This document shows positions 22,101 through 34,204 of a stretch of 64,000 nucleotides of DNA, one piece after another. The position numbers were made by a program, and so were the translations under genes. Numbering within the stretch: position 1 is the stretch's first letter; every line of letters starts with the position of its first letter. Source of the DNA: Balanoglossus misakiensis (lineage: Eukaryota > Animalia > Hemichordata); contig CM082580.2 of NCBI GenBank assembly GCA_040954595.2, forward strand, positions 11,360,909-11,424,908, read 5' to 3'. The notes beneath the pieces were generated by a model. It had not been told where the DNA came from. It saw nothing but the letters and a program-made list of their open reading frames with translations, and ran no database searches.

Positions 22101-25100
22101 GGGGTGGAAGTAAACACTTTCAGTATTGTCCCAAAATTGTTTCCATAGCCATACAGAGGCGTCGCTTGAAGCAGGCAGCCTCTTCTCGTTCTAGGAGATC
22201 GCAAGCAATGCCACCAGAACCTCTAAGTGCCCGTCGTTTGCTCGGATCGTTTCAAAACTCGAGTGACTCTTATATACCATTAAACACTTCATGGAACCGA
22301 GTTTAAGGCGTTTAAAATGTAAGAGATACTTTGAAAAGCCTGTATACGAACTGCTATACCTGGCACCCTTGTTTATTCGGCCATTCGCACTCTGGCAACT
22401 TCCATCACACATTCTTTAGAAATTTCACGACCAGGTGCCAGTTCGGTGTACCAAGAAGCAACATGTTGTTTTATGGCAACGGGTTGGATTTGTTCCAATG
22501 ACCGTTTATTAAATTGCTCCTCAAATGCGATATTGCCTGGTCTTTTTACTCTCTCTCTGTCCGTTTTCATGGGGCGTTGACCGTCCCCTCAGTGTCACAA
22601 GCGAGCAATGACCCTGAAATGCACACAAACTCACGGATTACATGTAACACAATGGGAAGAGCAGTATCCCTTTTATATTATAATATATAAATACGAAGAA
22701 AGAAAACCTATTAATCAAAGCGAATTTGAATTTGCCCGGAGCATTATGCGTACGAAAATGATGCAGGCGGCGTTTAAGTGCATACAGAACGAATATCATG
22801 TAACTAGATTCTGACGCAATCTCGATATAGTTTAACCATAGAGCAATACCGATGTCCATGTTTTAGCCTACAACTCATCAGCCTACGCGGTCTCTGGATT
22901 GAAAATGTCAACTTGCATTGTCCCCTATATCTATTTTATTCAGTCTCTGTCCAACAGTTTATTGTCTTGCATTGTAAAGCGCTGCTATTCTTCTTTCTCT
23001 TTTCTTGACACTGTTCTGCACGAATGCAACGGGTCTGCCAGTGGGGAAAATGACTTGTTCGGAAGAGGTAGTGCCAGCTTTTCCACAAAATTAGGAACTG
23101 AATATTACAATAACCGACAGAACACGAGGAAAGGAGCGAAATTTTACAGATCAAGTCCTCCCCACTCCTGCACCGCTTAGAGCTACTTGCCACGCGGCAC
23201 AAGAACAAGTGAGAGAAATATCCGTGCCTTGCAGATTGAATTATGCCATAGTGCACGTGCTGCCATGCAGCTCCTGGCCAATGCCAGCTTGGAGATGTCA
23301 TTGGCCGTCTTAATCCTGCTTAATATATTGCATAATGATTTACAAAACGAGTGTCCGTCGACTGGACTCCGGCCAACTGGCAATTTGCAACCCACGTGCT
23401 CTACACATGCAGGGTGGTTGTTATTTTGCCCAGATGACAAGGCCCTGTCTGCATAACTGTAACTTTTATGGAAATTAATCTTTCCACACGAGGAGCCAAT
23501 GAGACAGATCTCGTTATTTTGACACACATGTTACATGATTGATACCAAAGCAATCCGTGGTGCACTATTTGACATAAAATTATTTCAATCTCAAAATACT
23601 TCTTTTCGTTGCAAGTTTTTCTGACATTGGCAAGTTTTTCGTCTTTGCTCAAAATAATGTACAACGTGCTGCATAAAATGCGCGTCGATTTAGTCCCCTG
23701 TAAAAATTTGCTGTTCGGAAGGGCTTGATTCAGACCGGGTAAGCAATTCTGAGTGGAGTGGAGTAGTCATGCATAGATCCTGCGTCCCGAGTTAGGACGA
23801 ACGGTTGGAAACGAGACAAAATGGCTGTTATTTTGGCGTTATTTCAAAAATATCGACATCTCCCTCCCTTCTACCAGCAGCGAAGTTCACAAAGAAGGAT
23901 ATGCCTGTCATTCTTTTCTTTTTTTTTATTCCTCGTGAAGAAATCACTAATTACGCAGATGAAACAAAACCAGTGAAAGAACATGTCATCTTTTCGGACA
24001 ATTTACATAAGATCAAAATGCCGTTGAACAATCGGGGCAGACGACTGAAGGATACCGATGGATAATTGACTTTCAGCATGCATTGTACTCCATCATTCAG
24101 AACCCCCATATCGCATTCGAGTCGGCATCTTTTGCTGAATACATGAGTTGAAAAGTTAATGCAGTTTCTTTGATGTGAGGAAGACATCACACTGCCCTTT
24201 TCAAGGTCCCTGGTTTATCACTGTCTTATTATTGTATTTTCTTCTTATTGTCCATCCTCACCTATTCTCCGCCGTCCCCAGAATTCTGTTGGCAGATAAA
24301 AGCCAGCGCGCCTCTACACTATCGGCGCACACACCAATTAAACACAATTGTAGCAATTATGTCTTCAAAAAGGAATTAAAAAGTTGCTTCAGCTGGATTA
24401 TTTAATTAGTACCGCTGTGCGGAGTGCGCCCATACCCATGCAGTAAAGCGTTTGTCTTTTCAAACGAAATTGAAGTACATTATCATGGTGATTGCTACTA
24501 ACAGTAAGGTGGGTGATTGGATCGCCGAGATTTGCTGTATCAGTTAAAAGAAAGAAATCACCATTCGTCATATATTTTCTCACATAGTATTTCCACTCAA
24601 CCCTAAGTAAGACGAAACCTGCAATCGGTACGGTCACAGCGGTTTGTTGCCTCGGCGGAGAAGTACGCTCACCCCGGCAAGATGTATCACAGCGCACGCA
24701 GTGAGGATGGGCTAAGAAGGTTCCCTTGGGAACAGGGGTCAAGGGTCGAGCAAACGGCTCATATCATTGCGGCCATACAATAAAAAAAACGAAGGGGAAA
24801 GGGAGGGGAGATTAAGACAGGGAAACAGCGTCTGTAGGGTGAACAACCGTACGCTAAATTATGTCAATAAAAATTGAGGAGAATGAGACGTTATCTTGCG
24901 TCAGAATAATACAACGTTGGGAATATGCAAAATATGTTTACCCGACCTCTCACACTTTCTAGTTTTTTGTCATTTATTTCGTGTTCACTGATTTACCTGA
25001 AAACGATATATTATTACAATTCAAACGTAAAAGAGCTGTTTTCGCATTAAAAAATATATCGTGAAAATCCTGAAACGGTGCCAGAGTGATGAACGGTAGT

Positions 25101-28100
25101 CTCCTGATAATGCAGACGCTCTGTCATTGCGATCTGTGCTTTTTTATGTCAGCGCTAAAAATACCAAGCAAAGGCAAGCTATATTACGATGGTGTACCAC
25201 AGCTGTGGGTAATACCAATTTTGGCACGCACATCCACTGCTATTGTATAAAATTCGTTTTATGCTGTTTTCGCGACACTCATTAGCGATGTCGTCAGCTG
25301 GTTGCGAGATGGACAAACCATTTTCACCAGTCTCCGTGTTTAAAGAACGGTGGCATAGTTTGCACACGATCCCTTCTCTCCGGACGATAATCCGTCAGCG
25401 AACGGGCTGTGACATTTAAAAAAAAATAGCACACAATCGCTGATTTCTAAAACATTAAACCAATGAGTTTTTTGTGATATGCGTTTCTTTACTATCCTAT
25501 TCGCCCACCATAAATGTTTGAAAATGCAATTTATTACGTATTTGGCAGTTTGTACATGGATTAAGTCCTAACATTAAAAACCAGTGGAAATAAAATGCTG
25601 GCTGATCAGAAGAAATATATTCCGTGAATTATCTATGTACGGTTTTGCTGTACATGCCTTTTGATTTCAAATTTTAATTAAAAAATGAAGCAAGGCAAAA
25701 ACAACTTTAACTAAATTATAAATAAAATATAATACTCTATAAAGACCATATTATATATACACTATAAATAAATATTATATAAATTAAAATTATATAAATT
25801 AATATTATATATAAAATACAAAATGTATGTGACTGTGTATGTGTATGATGTACTAGTATATCCCATATGTGATATGATAGTTGCGTATCTTAGTGTACCA
25901 ATGACTTTTTAAGGACGCATCCTTCAAGGACGTAATCATTGACACATTCTAGATTCGTTAAAATTATAAATGGCCTTATAAATTACATCCAATACTAAAA
26001 GATTTGACAACTACTTCATCTAGTTGCATTGAATCTCCTAAATTAGAAATCGTGACAAACTGTAAGCAAACACAATGCAACAAATGAAATTTTAAATACA
26101 CAATGAGTGGTTTATAGCCGAAGACTGCAGCAGAGCGCCCCTGTACTTGTTGTTACTGTACAAGCGGCGGATTGACCATGATGATTTTGTGAACGCCGAA
26201 TAATTTTTTAAAAATTACAATTTTTTCCACAGACATCACAGGTAGATGTAGGTTTTTATCAGATGAACTGAGGGTGCTTGACGTGATATATTCGTTTGGG
26301 TTATTATAAATTCGTAAAGCGTTCTAAATTAGTCCAACCTGTTGCCGCGTCCGCTGTCGCGGATATTCAATTGAGGGGCGTCAGCTTGGCCTTTTCTCCG
26401 CCGTCAGCTTATAAAGAATCTTCTCCCAGTGTTATCGATGTAAACAATCCCCTTTACATTGTGCAGAGTAAAACAAAACGATATTTTATCATCTGTACAC
26501 TTGCTGCAGAACATTTGAAAGGAAAAATAATATGGAAATAATAACGAAATGAAAACAGAATCGACAATAGATGTCGATTAAGTCAGTTACATTAAAAATT
26601 TACGACAAAACCCGATCCCGTGGTTGCTGTAAATTTCGTTTAAATATCTTGTGTTTTGTACGTGGCAACCTAGGTTTGCAATGGCTTATATTTTTATCCT
26701 CCTAGATATATGTATACGACGCAAAGAATTAGTTATTATCAACACCGATGTATCGGTTGTTTATGTACGGTCTCGACTTGGCAAGTTTGGAATTATGGAA
26801 TAAAGAATGGAAGAAAAAGATGTGAAAAAATCAAACAAAGTGGATTTATCTTCGACTGGGTTGTTTCGGTGCATTTGTACGCGCAATGCTGCACACATCA
26901 GTTACGTGCTTGCATCCCTTGCTTTATACATGACAGGGGGACAGGGGCAGTGTGCCATGTGGTTGACTAGAAATTAGAAAATAACCTATTCCTTAATACT
27001 GAACCATAAATTGCGCATGCTGGAAATTGGCGGTGAATTTCGAGCGTGTCTGGGATTACAAGATAGTGACAACACTCGTTGGAAAAATCGACAACGTGTG
27101 TTCAGGATTATTGGGAAACGTTGAAACCTCCATTTCATATTTACTACGGAATTTGCAAATTTGTAAAACATGTTATTTTCTGCGACAGGAAATTTTCGCG
27201 ATATCAAAAGAGGCAACTGTTTCGCGAGTATTAACTTGCACGTTCTCCTATTTCATTTACTGCATCGTTATCTCGAAGAAAAAAAATACGCGACTTTTAA
27301 TTTTCACGTTATTTTGGCTCTCGCGTATTTCGCGAAAATGTATCAGATCCTAATTAAGGAACACCAGTTACGAACCGATTAAGCAAACAAATACAGTATC
27401 AGTACATCTAGCGAGACACGACTTTGGCGCTATATATACACATATACATATAAAAAGCAAACTCGACATAAGATTGCTCTGATGGTTAGGGGCGTTTTGT
27501 GTCACCTATTTTTATCAGATCAAATCTACATTGTCATCGCGATAAACGTTGAAAAGCATTTGGTGTTCGTCAGTTTTGCCCAACCAGGGCAAGTACAATA
27601 CACCCACCATGGCACTCAATATGGTAGAGTGGTGCTCTTTCAATTTGAAAGAGAATCGCACCCCAAATTGCGTCGGTTCCCCCATTCTTTCACTCTTGAT
27701 GTTACCCACACTGGCGTAGACCATACGGTGATATGGGAACTTGGTATACATGGAAGGACCGATGGTTATCCAGCTCCAAACATTCAGGGCGCGGATTATC
27801 AACTTTATCCGAGGGCAAATTTGATTCGCTTGATAAGAACAGTTTAGAGGACAGCCATCGTTGTCTAAATATTCACTGCCAGCTGCAGCATACAATGCTT
27901 GAACCCTCGGGTTGAGAACTGGGTCCCTCAAATTAAGAAATCTGGTGTAAAAAATGTCAGCTATGGCCACCGGAATTCTATTAGCTAACAGAGGTATAAT
28001 TCGAGGCAAAATTGACGTCGACGTGACGTTGTTGCGAGGGTTACCGGGAACTTAAAACGTCCTGTTGGTATAGTGTTTGTAAAATTTACAATTTTTCCTC

Positions 28101-31100
28101 GGTACATGTACATTGGTTTCAAACATGACATAATCAAATCACTGTCATTACTTGCAAGTCGTGAAAATTGACCAAAGAACCCTCTTTTCTGTCACAAGCG
28201 CCGAGCCAGCGAAGCGGTCATTCTAACGGTTGAAGGGGGGGGGGGGGGGGGTAGGGGACTAACACTAAGCGACGCCAGACAATACAGGGCTCCGCATTTT
28301 ACCCTGGACGTTGACATGTCAACTGTTGCCGGTGTGCACGTGGGCGGTTCCGACCCACTTTTTGCCTGTTATTAATGAGAACAATGGACATGTGCACGGC
28401 TCAACTTCACACACTGGCGCAAGCGATGTCCATGTACAAGCATAAATTGTAAATGATTGCATAACAACCGCCCCAAAATGATCGTTATGTCTTGTTGTTA
28501 TATGTTAGCAGTTGGAAATTATGTAACTATTACAGATGGCAACGACGTTGTCTAAGAATCATTCGTATATATAATCATGAAGGCCCTACGCAAAATATGT
28601 CAGAATGGCATAACTCAAAATGATTTCAATATAACGAAAATAAAAATACCCCTAAAATACTTAAATACTAGAATACGGAAATCCGCCATTAAATTCAATA
28701 TGTTTAAAACTAATTTTGTCCAATTTGTTGTAATTTCCCATTGGGGAAGAAGGGTAGATAAAGCGTGATAGAATTTACACTGATGACATGCGTCATGTTT
28801 ACTAACTCGGGATGTCCCGCCACGAAAGTTTTATTATATTAATTGTATTATTTTACTGTGATTAAGTGGTCGGTTATACTTTCCCACTGTGAAGTGCCCA
28901 TGCCCATTTATTCTTCAATGAAAACATGTAACAATTGTGACCTGGTACTGAGAACGGGCCGTCTCTTTTTTCAGTTGCCCGTGGAAGGCTTTGTTCAAGC
29001 CCTTGACCAACCTTTGGTGCGGGAGGAGAATCTAGAAGGTCATGCTACTTCTTTTCTCCCGGCTTCGCGGGGTGTTCAAAACCGGCCTGGAGTTTTTCTC
29101 GCCCTAACACATGGGACTCCCGTGATTCCCACCGAATCTACAGGTGCGTAAGTAGCAAGGGGCCGTCACCCGCACTGCAGAAGCCGACCGCCGCAGTTGG
29201 TTGTGTTCGGTGTGCTATGTGGTAAACGTCGCTTCTCGCTACAACTGGACTTTCTTGTTCAATCGGGGGAAACTTCCTCTTTTGTACGATTTCTAATGTG
29301 TCATTAACTCTCGCCGGGCGAGAACAAGACGGTAGCCATAACAACCCCGGACTGCGCGGCCCGGCAGAGTTGCCGTACAGTTACGGGGAGAGCGACAAAG
29401 AATGGGCGCGCTCCTTCCAGGGAAGACTGGAGCGTGTCAGCCAATTAATTACGCCTGTTTTCTGAAACAACGGAAACTATTAACATCCTCCGAGTATGCG
29501 AACATCTACTTCACACGTCCCATTGAAGTGCGACAAAGTTTTCAAACTTTATACTGCGATTCCGAAATCCACCCTGACCGTGTGTGAACGTAGGATCGGA
29601 AACCCGACGGAAATTTGAAAAAAGCGAGTCGCGGCAAACCGGATGGCTTAGCCTTAAAATCAAGTCGACCGGCCACGCACCAACTCAGGGTGACTCTTAT
29701 TGGCTAAACGCCTAAATACCTCTTTATGGTTGATAAACGACAAAATAAGGATAGCTATTTATACAATTATTGTCAACCTTCCAGCCGAAGCGATATCTTT
29801 TTCATCTACGAGAGAAAGGACGAGAGAGAGAAAGGGTTGTTATCGCGCGATTGTCTCTGATTGTCAGAACCTGTCATGGTGCGGCTTTCGTGGCGGGTGG
29901 CAAACTAGCCGTCTCAATAAACTCCCAAAGGAAGTACTGTTTCGTGAAATCATTGGATTTTAATCATTACTGTATTGAAAAAAGAGTAAACGTAAACCTT
30001 GATAAGAATAGAACAAAGTCAGAAGAAAGTGCGAAAATAGATATTCAAAATCTCAAAATATATATTAGAATACTGTAGAAAAAATCAGTTACATATAATA
30101 GAGAAAAAATCACCAATCACATAAAAAAGTTCAAAAATCTTTAACAGTTTATAAAAAAGACATATACAAAAATACGCGTTTGTTTTCAAGTTTCCAATAT
30201 TTGTATTTGAATCTTCCCGCCTGATACATTGAATACGTTTTCAATTGATTCGTTCAATGTACGGTACCATATGTGGGTACTTGAATTTTGACGAGGGAAC
30301 TTTGTTCGCGTTTCAACTGGGTTAACACATCATCGGATGCCTTTTGGGGCGTTTGACGTTCCTTGATTAATAGTCAGTTGCTGGCGCAAGGCGTCAGATG
30401 ATGAGTTCTGACAGGCCGGCCGAGCGTGAAGTGCCGTTGGGTCTCGACGGATAGACGAGACCAAGATTGCCGGGAGCGTCCCGGTGTACTGATCCGACTG
30501 AAAGCCACGTTTGCCGTAAACGTGGCTACTGTCTTGGCCATCACAAGGACCCGGATAAAGCCGTATAACCGCTGATGTGTTAACCGACTGACATCGCAAA
30601 ATCTTGCGGCGGCGTCCCCGCAATTTCCACCGGGGGGGGGGGGGGAGGACGTATGAATGAAAAAGGAAGGAAGGAAGGAATTGCTGTCAATCGACTCTTA
30701 CAGAATTAACGCACCGTGTTTCCAAGCAAAGTAAATGCACACGTTTTAAATATACAAAGCTATAGATCGATACAACTATTTTGACAAAGCGCTGACAATA
30801 TACATAATAATTACTGACACGCTCGAACTCAAATTTTCATTCCTATGTAGAAGATACTCAGTGATGAAACTGACGCGGCTAGTCCAATTTGTCGTTAAAT
30901 CCGAAAATCAACACATATCATTATAATTTCATCATTAAAGCATTACAAACGCGAAAGAGTATCCGGTCTGAGTTTAACCTCACTAGGAAACAGCTTTATA
31001 CTTCATGTGATAACTTCATTTACATATTAACGTGTAATTCACATAACGCGATACATAAACGGTTGTTTCCTTAATATTTAGACAACTGAGCACAAGAAAG

Positions 31101-31175
31101 TACAAATTTCTCGCTATTTTCTTTCAACGGGAAAGTGGATTTATCGATTCAAAAGATCTGTCATGGGGTGAGATT

Positions 31176-32051
31176 TCAGTGAGAGTTAAGATATTCTGAG
31201 AACGAAAACTCTTGGCCATCTCCGACGGGAATACTGCTGCTAGTGGCGGGAAGAGTTGGGTGGTGTTGATCCGAACCCATCGAGATTTTCTTCAGTCGGT
31301 CGAAACTGCTCCTGCTCTTCTTCAATTTGACAGATTTGGCGTCGACCCCGTTGACGATATCGGTCATGAAGGCAATGTACACCATCGCCAAATGCAGCGT
31401 CTCGATACGGGAGAGCTTTTTCTCATAGGCGAACGTTGGGACGATTTTCCGCAGTTTGTCGAAGCCATCGTTGAGACTGAACATTCTCTTCCGTTCCCGG
31501 ATGTTGGCGGCTTTTCTCTGCGCCAGGGTGGCCACCCGCCGTCTCTTGGGTTTGGCGGTCGGCATCGGATACGCGTGGTAGGGATGATGGTGGGGCTGGT
31601 AGTGGCTCTGCCTGGGATACATGCAGTGCGCCGGCGGGCCGGGGTGGTGCTGCGGTGCGATGTCCATCAGCGACGGCCGCGCACTTATGAAACCCGTCGC
31701 CGCGCCTATATCATCTGGCATAGTCGTCTGCATTGGTAGCGCGCCCAGGGGATGCTCGTTGCCGCCAGTCCAAGACGTTTGCAAGACACCGGGATCGAAA
31801 CTACTGTCCCTGAACGCCGGAAAGCACTCGGGCACCGGCGGCAGTGTTCCTTCGTAGTGGTACCGGGTCTCCGCCATTACACCAGGCCCAATGGGGTAAT
31901 TCATATTCGCTAGTCCCTGTGCGTGATCGCTGAAGTTCGTCAGCGTTGTCAGCGACGAATCGGGAGAAGTCGTCGGCGACTCGGTGTCTTTGCCCTTACA
32001 CGGACTGGCACGCAGCTGATCGTCGCTACCGATGTCCGCAGAGGAATCCAT
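31176..32051 (-). CDS. FERD3L: Fer3/Nato3 bHLH, paralogue 3, 291 aa, intronless
   Basis: ATG at 32051. [57 protein letters not shown]-terminal blocks shared with paralogue 2 ([34 protein letters not shown]). Confidence 0.9.
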   Translation of the reverse strand: MDSSADIGSDDQLRASPCKGKDTESPTTSPDSSLTTLTNFSDHAQGLANMNYPIGPGVMAETRYHYEGTLPPVPECFPAFRDSSFDPGVLQTSWTGGNEHPLGALPMQTTMPDDIGAATGFISARPSLMDIAPQHHPGPPAHCMYPRQSHYQPHHHPYHAYPMPTAKPKRRRVATLAQRKAANIRERKRMFSLNDGFDKLRKIVPTFAYEKKLSRIETLHLAMVYIAFMTDIVNGVDAKSVKLKKSRSSFDRLKKISMGSDQHHPTLPATSSSIPVGDGQEFSFSEYLNSH

Positions 32052-32189
32052 TTTCCTAGTTGCAAGTATAACTAACACTGACCAATTAAAACGGCTATTT
32101 GTTGGTTTTAAAAAAGTATATAAAATGGACTGACTTGTAATGGTGCCTCGCTTATACGAAAAGAAAATCTTGTCAAATGAAGTGCAATA

Positions 32190-32410
32190 AGTGTCGTTAT
32201 ATAGACATCCCCCTTCAACACAAGGCAGGAAAGTTCATTTCAACAGAGCGTTATTGGCGTTTGATTGGTTCGTCAAGTGCGGCGATGGAGTGTTACAATA
32301 CAAGCTACCGCCGCTTCGGTATACGGTTGACTCTGAATGCATCATAATCATTCTATGAATATTTTGTCCTGGCAACAACAACAGCAAATGACATCACGTC
32401 CAAATGGTGT
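32190..32410 (-). promoter_or_regulatory. Promoter of Fer3-like paralogue 3
   Basis: On -, GGGGATGTCTATATAACGAC (TATA at 32197-32203) and CATTTGGACGTGATGTCATTTG (about 32385-32406); the latter is homologous to the paired E-box element of paralogues 2 and 4. Confidence 0.65.
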
Positions 32411-33036
32411 CAGCGGTCTTCATGTTACAGAGGTTTTGATTGGATGGATTTTGTACACTCTTCCCGTGGCTTTAGTTGAGCGGTACGACACTTATATTTT
32501 GACTAATAATTGGCATCTCGTGGTATCTACCTATCAATAATTCTTTAAAAAATTGCTCCAACGTGAGCGTTCAAGATGACAGAATCATTGCCAGTAAATT
32601 TCGCCTACCCATTACAATGGGAGAGGGTGGCTGAGATGAAATAACAACATAGCTAGTTCATCAATAGAACGACAAGTGGCGGCAGCTTGTTCATATACGA
32701 CAACTTCTATACTGGCTTGGCGGCAATTTCCGACCGGATTCTCGATCGAAGATACCGCAAATCGATTCGCTAAACTGGCGAAGAGAAAAATACTTTCGAA
32801 ATGTAATCAGATTCATAACCGAACTTTAGAAATCCACATAAACCGGGGGCTTGTCGTGAAAAAGTACATTTCGTCAGCCCATGTGATCAGTAAAGAATGA
32901 ATAAGATCTACCTTATGACTCCGGTTTGTTAGTCTATGTTAGTCATTGTTGCATTTTCTTTGTGATGTCATTATTTTGACGGTGGTTAGTAATCAAAAAC
33001 TCTACCCAGCAACGAGAGCCCTGGCTTAGAACACAG

Positions 33037-33882
33037 CTATGGTTGACCTCCACCGATGACGGTAGAAGTTGTCGGGAGGGTTTGATTTTGTCCGGCGGTG
33101 GCGACACTTCTGGTCTGGCTATCACTGCCCCTGTTTCGTTTTAGCTTGACATCCTTAGCGTCTACACCGTTGACAATGTCCGTCATAAAGGCGATGTAGA
33201 CCATTGCCAAGCGAAGAGTTTCAATGCGCGATATTTTCTTCTCGTAAGCAAACGTCGGGACGATCTTCCTCAGTTCATCTATCCCGTCATTCAAGGTAGT
33301 CATCCTCTTCCGCTCGCGGATGTTGGCGGCTCGCCGTTGCTCCGGCGTCGCCAGCCGTCTTCTCTTCTGTCGTTGGGTCGGCATCGGGTTCAGGTGGGGA
33401 AGAGTCGAGTGGGGTTGCTGCTGTTGCTGATGCTGATGATGACGATGATGATGATGATGATAAAGGTAGCTGTTATGGTTCATTGTGTCCATGAACGACG
33501 GTCGCGAAGCCAAAAACCCCGCCGAGCTCGGAATCATGTTCATGTCGATGGACAGAGGAGGCACGGCGTGAATCTGGTGCCCGGTGCCGGACCACGAGGA
33601 TGGCGGCTGGAGTCCGGACGCGCCGTTATTGTCTCTGTACGGCGCTGGAAGACATTCCCGCGGCGCCATTCTCTCCCCGTAAATATACCGCATCTCCGCC
33701 GTTGCACCCGACTCTAAGCCGCAATTCGCGCCGCAGCTCGGCCCTTGCGACCGCATGCCGAACGTTGTTGTCGGTGTTTGTAAGAACAAGGCCGGTGAAG
33801 TTGGCGACGAGTCGCTCTTACTGACACAGGGACTGTTCCATATTGAATTCTGGCTATCGAATTCTGCCGGAGAATTCATCAT
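33037..33882 (-). CDS. FERD3L: Fer3/Nato3 bHLH, paralogue 4, 281 aa, intronless, with His/Gln tract
   Basis: ATG at 33882. [64 protein letters not shown](.)GF block shared with paralogue 2. Confidence 0.9.
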   Translation of the reverse strand: MMNSPAEFDSQNSIWNSPCVSKSDSSPTSPALFLQTPTTTFGMRSQGPSCGANCGLESGATAEMRYIYGERMAPRECLPAPYRDNNGASGLQPPSSWSGTGHQIHAVPPLSIDMNMIPSSAGFLASRPSFMDTMNHNSYLYHHHHHRHHQHQQQQQPHSTLPHLNPMPTQRQKRRRLATPEQRRAANIRERKRMTTLNDGIDELRKIVPTFAYEKKISRIETLRLAMVYIAFMTDIVNGVDAKDVKLKRNRGSDSQTRSVATAGQNQTLPTTSTVIGGGQP

Positions 33883-34009
33883 AAATTGTGTGCAAACAGT
33901 CGCCACCTGGAATTTAGGGGGCGATGATTTACCGGAATCAGTCTTGTATGTTTCGCCTACCGTGGACTGTCGCTAGTTCAGTCTAAACAATTATTCCTTG
34001 CCGATCACA

Positions 34010-34204
34010 GTACGCAGTTTATACAAAGGCATCCCCATAACTGGAGCTATAGGAGTCCAGAACTTGCTTTTGATTAAGTTAATGAGTGATTGGAGGGCAA
34101 TGAGTGAGTTGCACCACGTCAGTTTATATTGAACACAATGCGTCGCTATTTCGTGACCATTGCATGGAAACAACAAATGGAAACACGTCCAAATGTCGAC
34201 GTAC
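34010..34204 (-). promoter_or_regulatory. Conserved proximal promoter of Fer3-like paralogue 4
   Basis: Reverse complement aligns with 17971-18183. TATAAA on - at 34018-34023. Confidence 0.8.

Noticed and set aside
27090-27345. ATTTTCGCG-rich segment resembling non-autonomous DNA-transposon (MITE) sequence; similar at about 35720-35840
   Set aside because: Could not define terminal inverted repeats or target-site duplications; needs a repeat library.
28975-29146. Possible isolated exon (TTTTTTCAG acceptor, GTAAGT donor)
   Set aside because: No partner exons and no recognisable peptide; such signals occur by chance.
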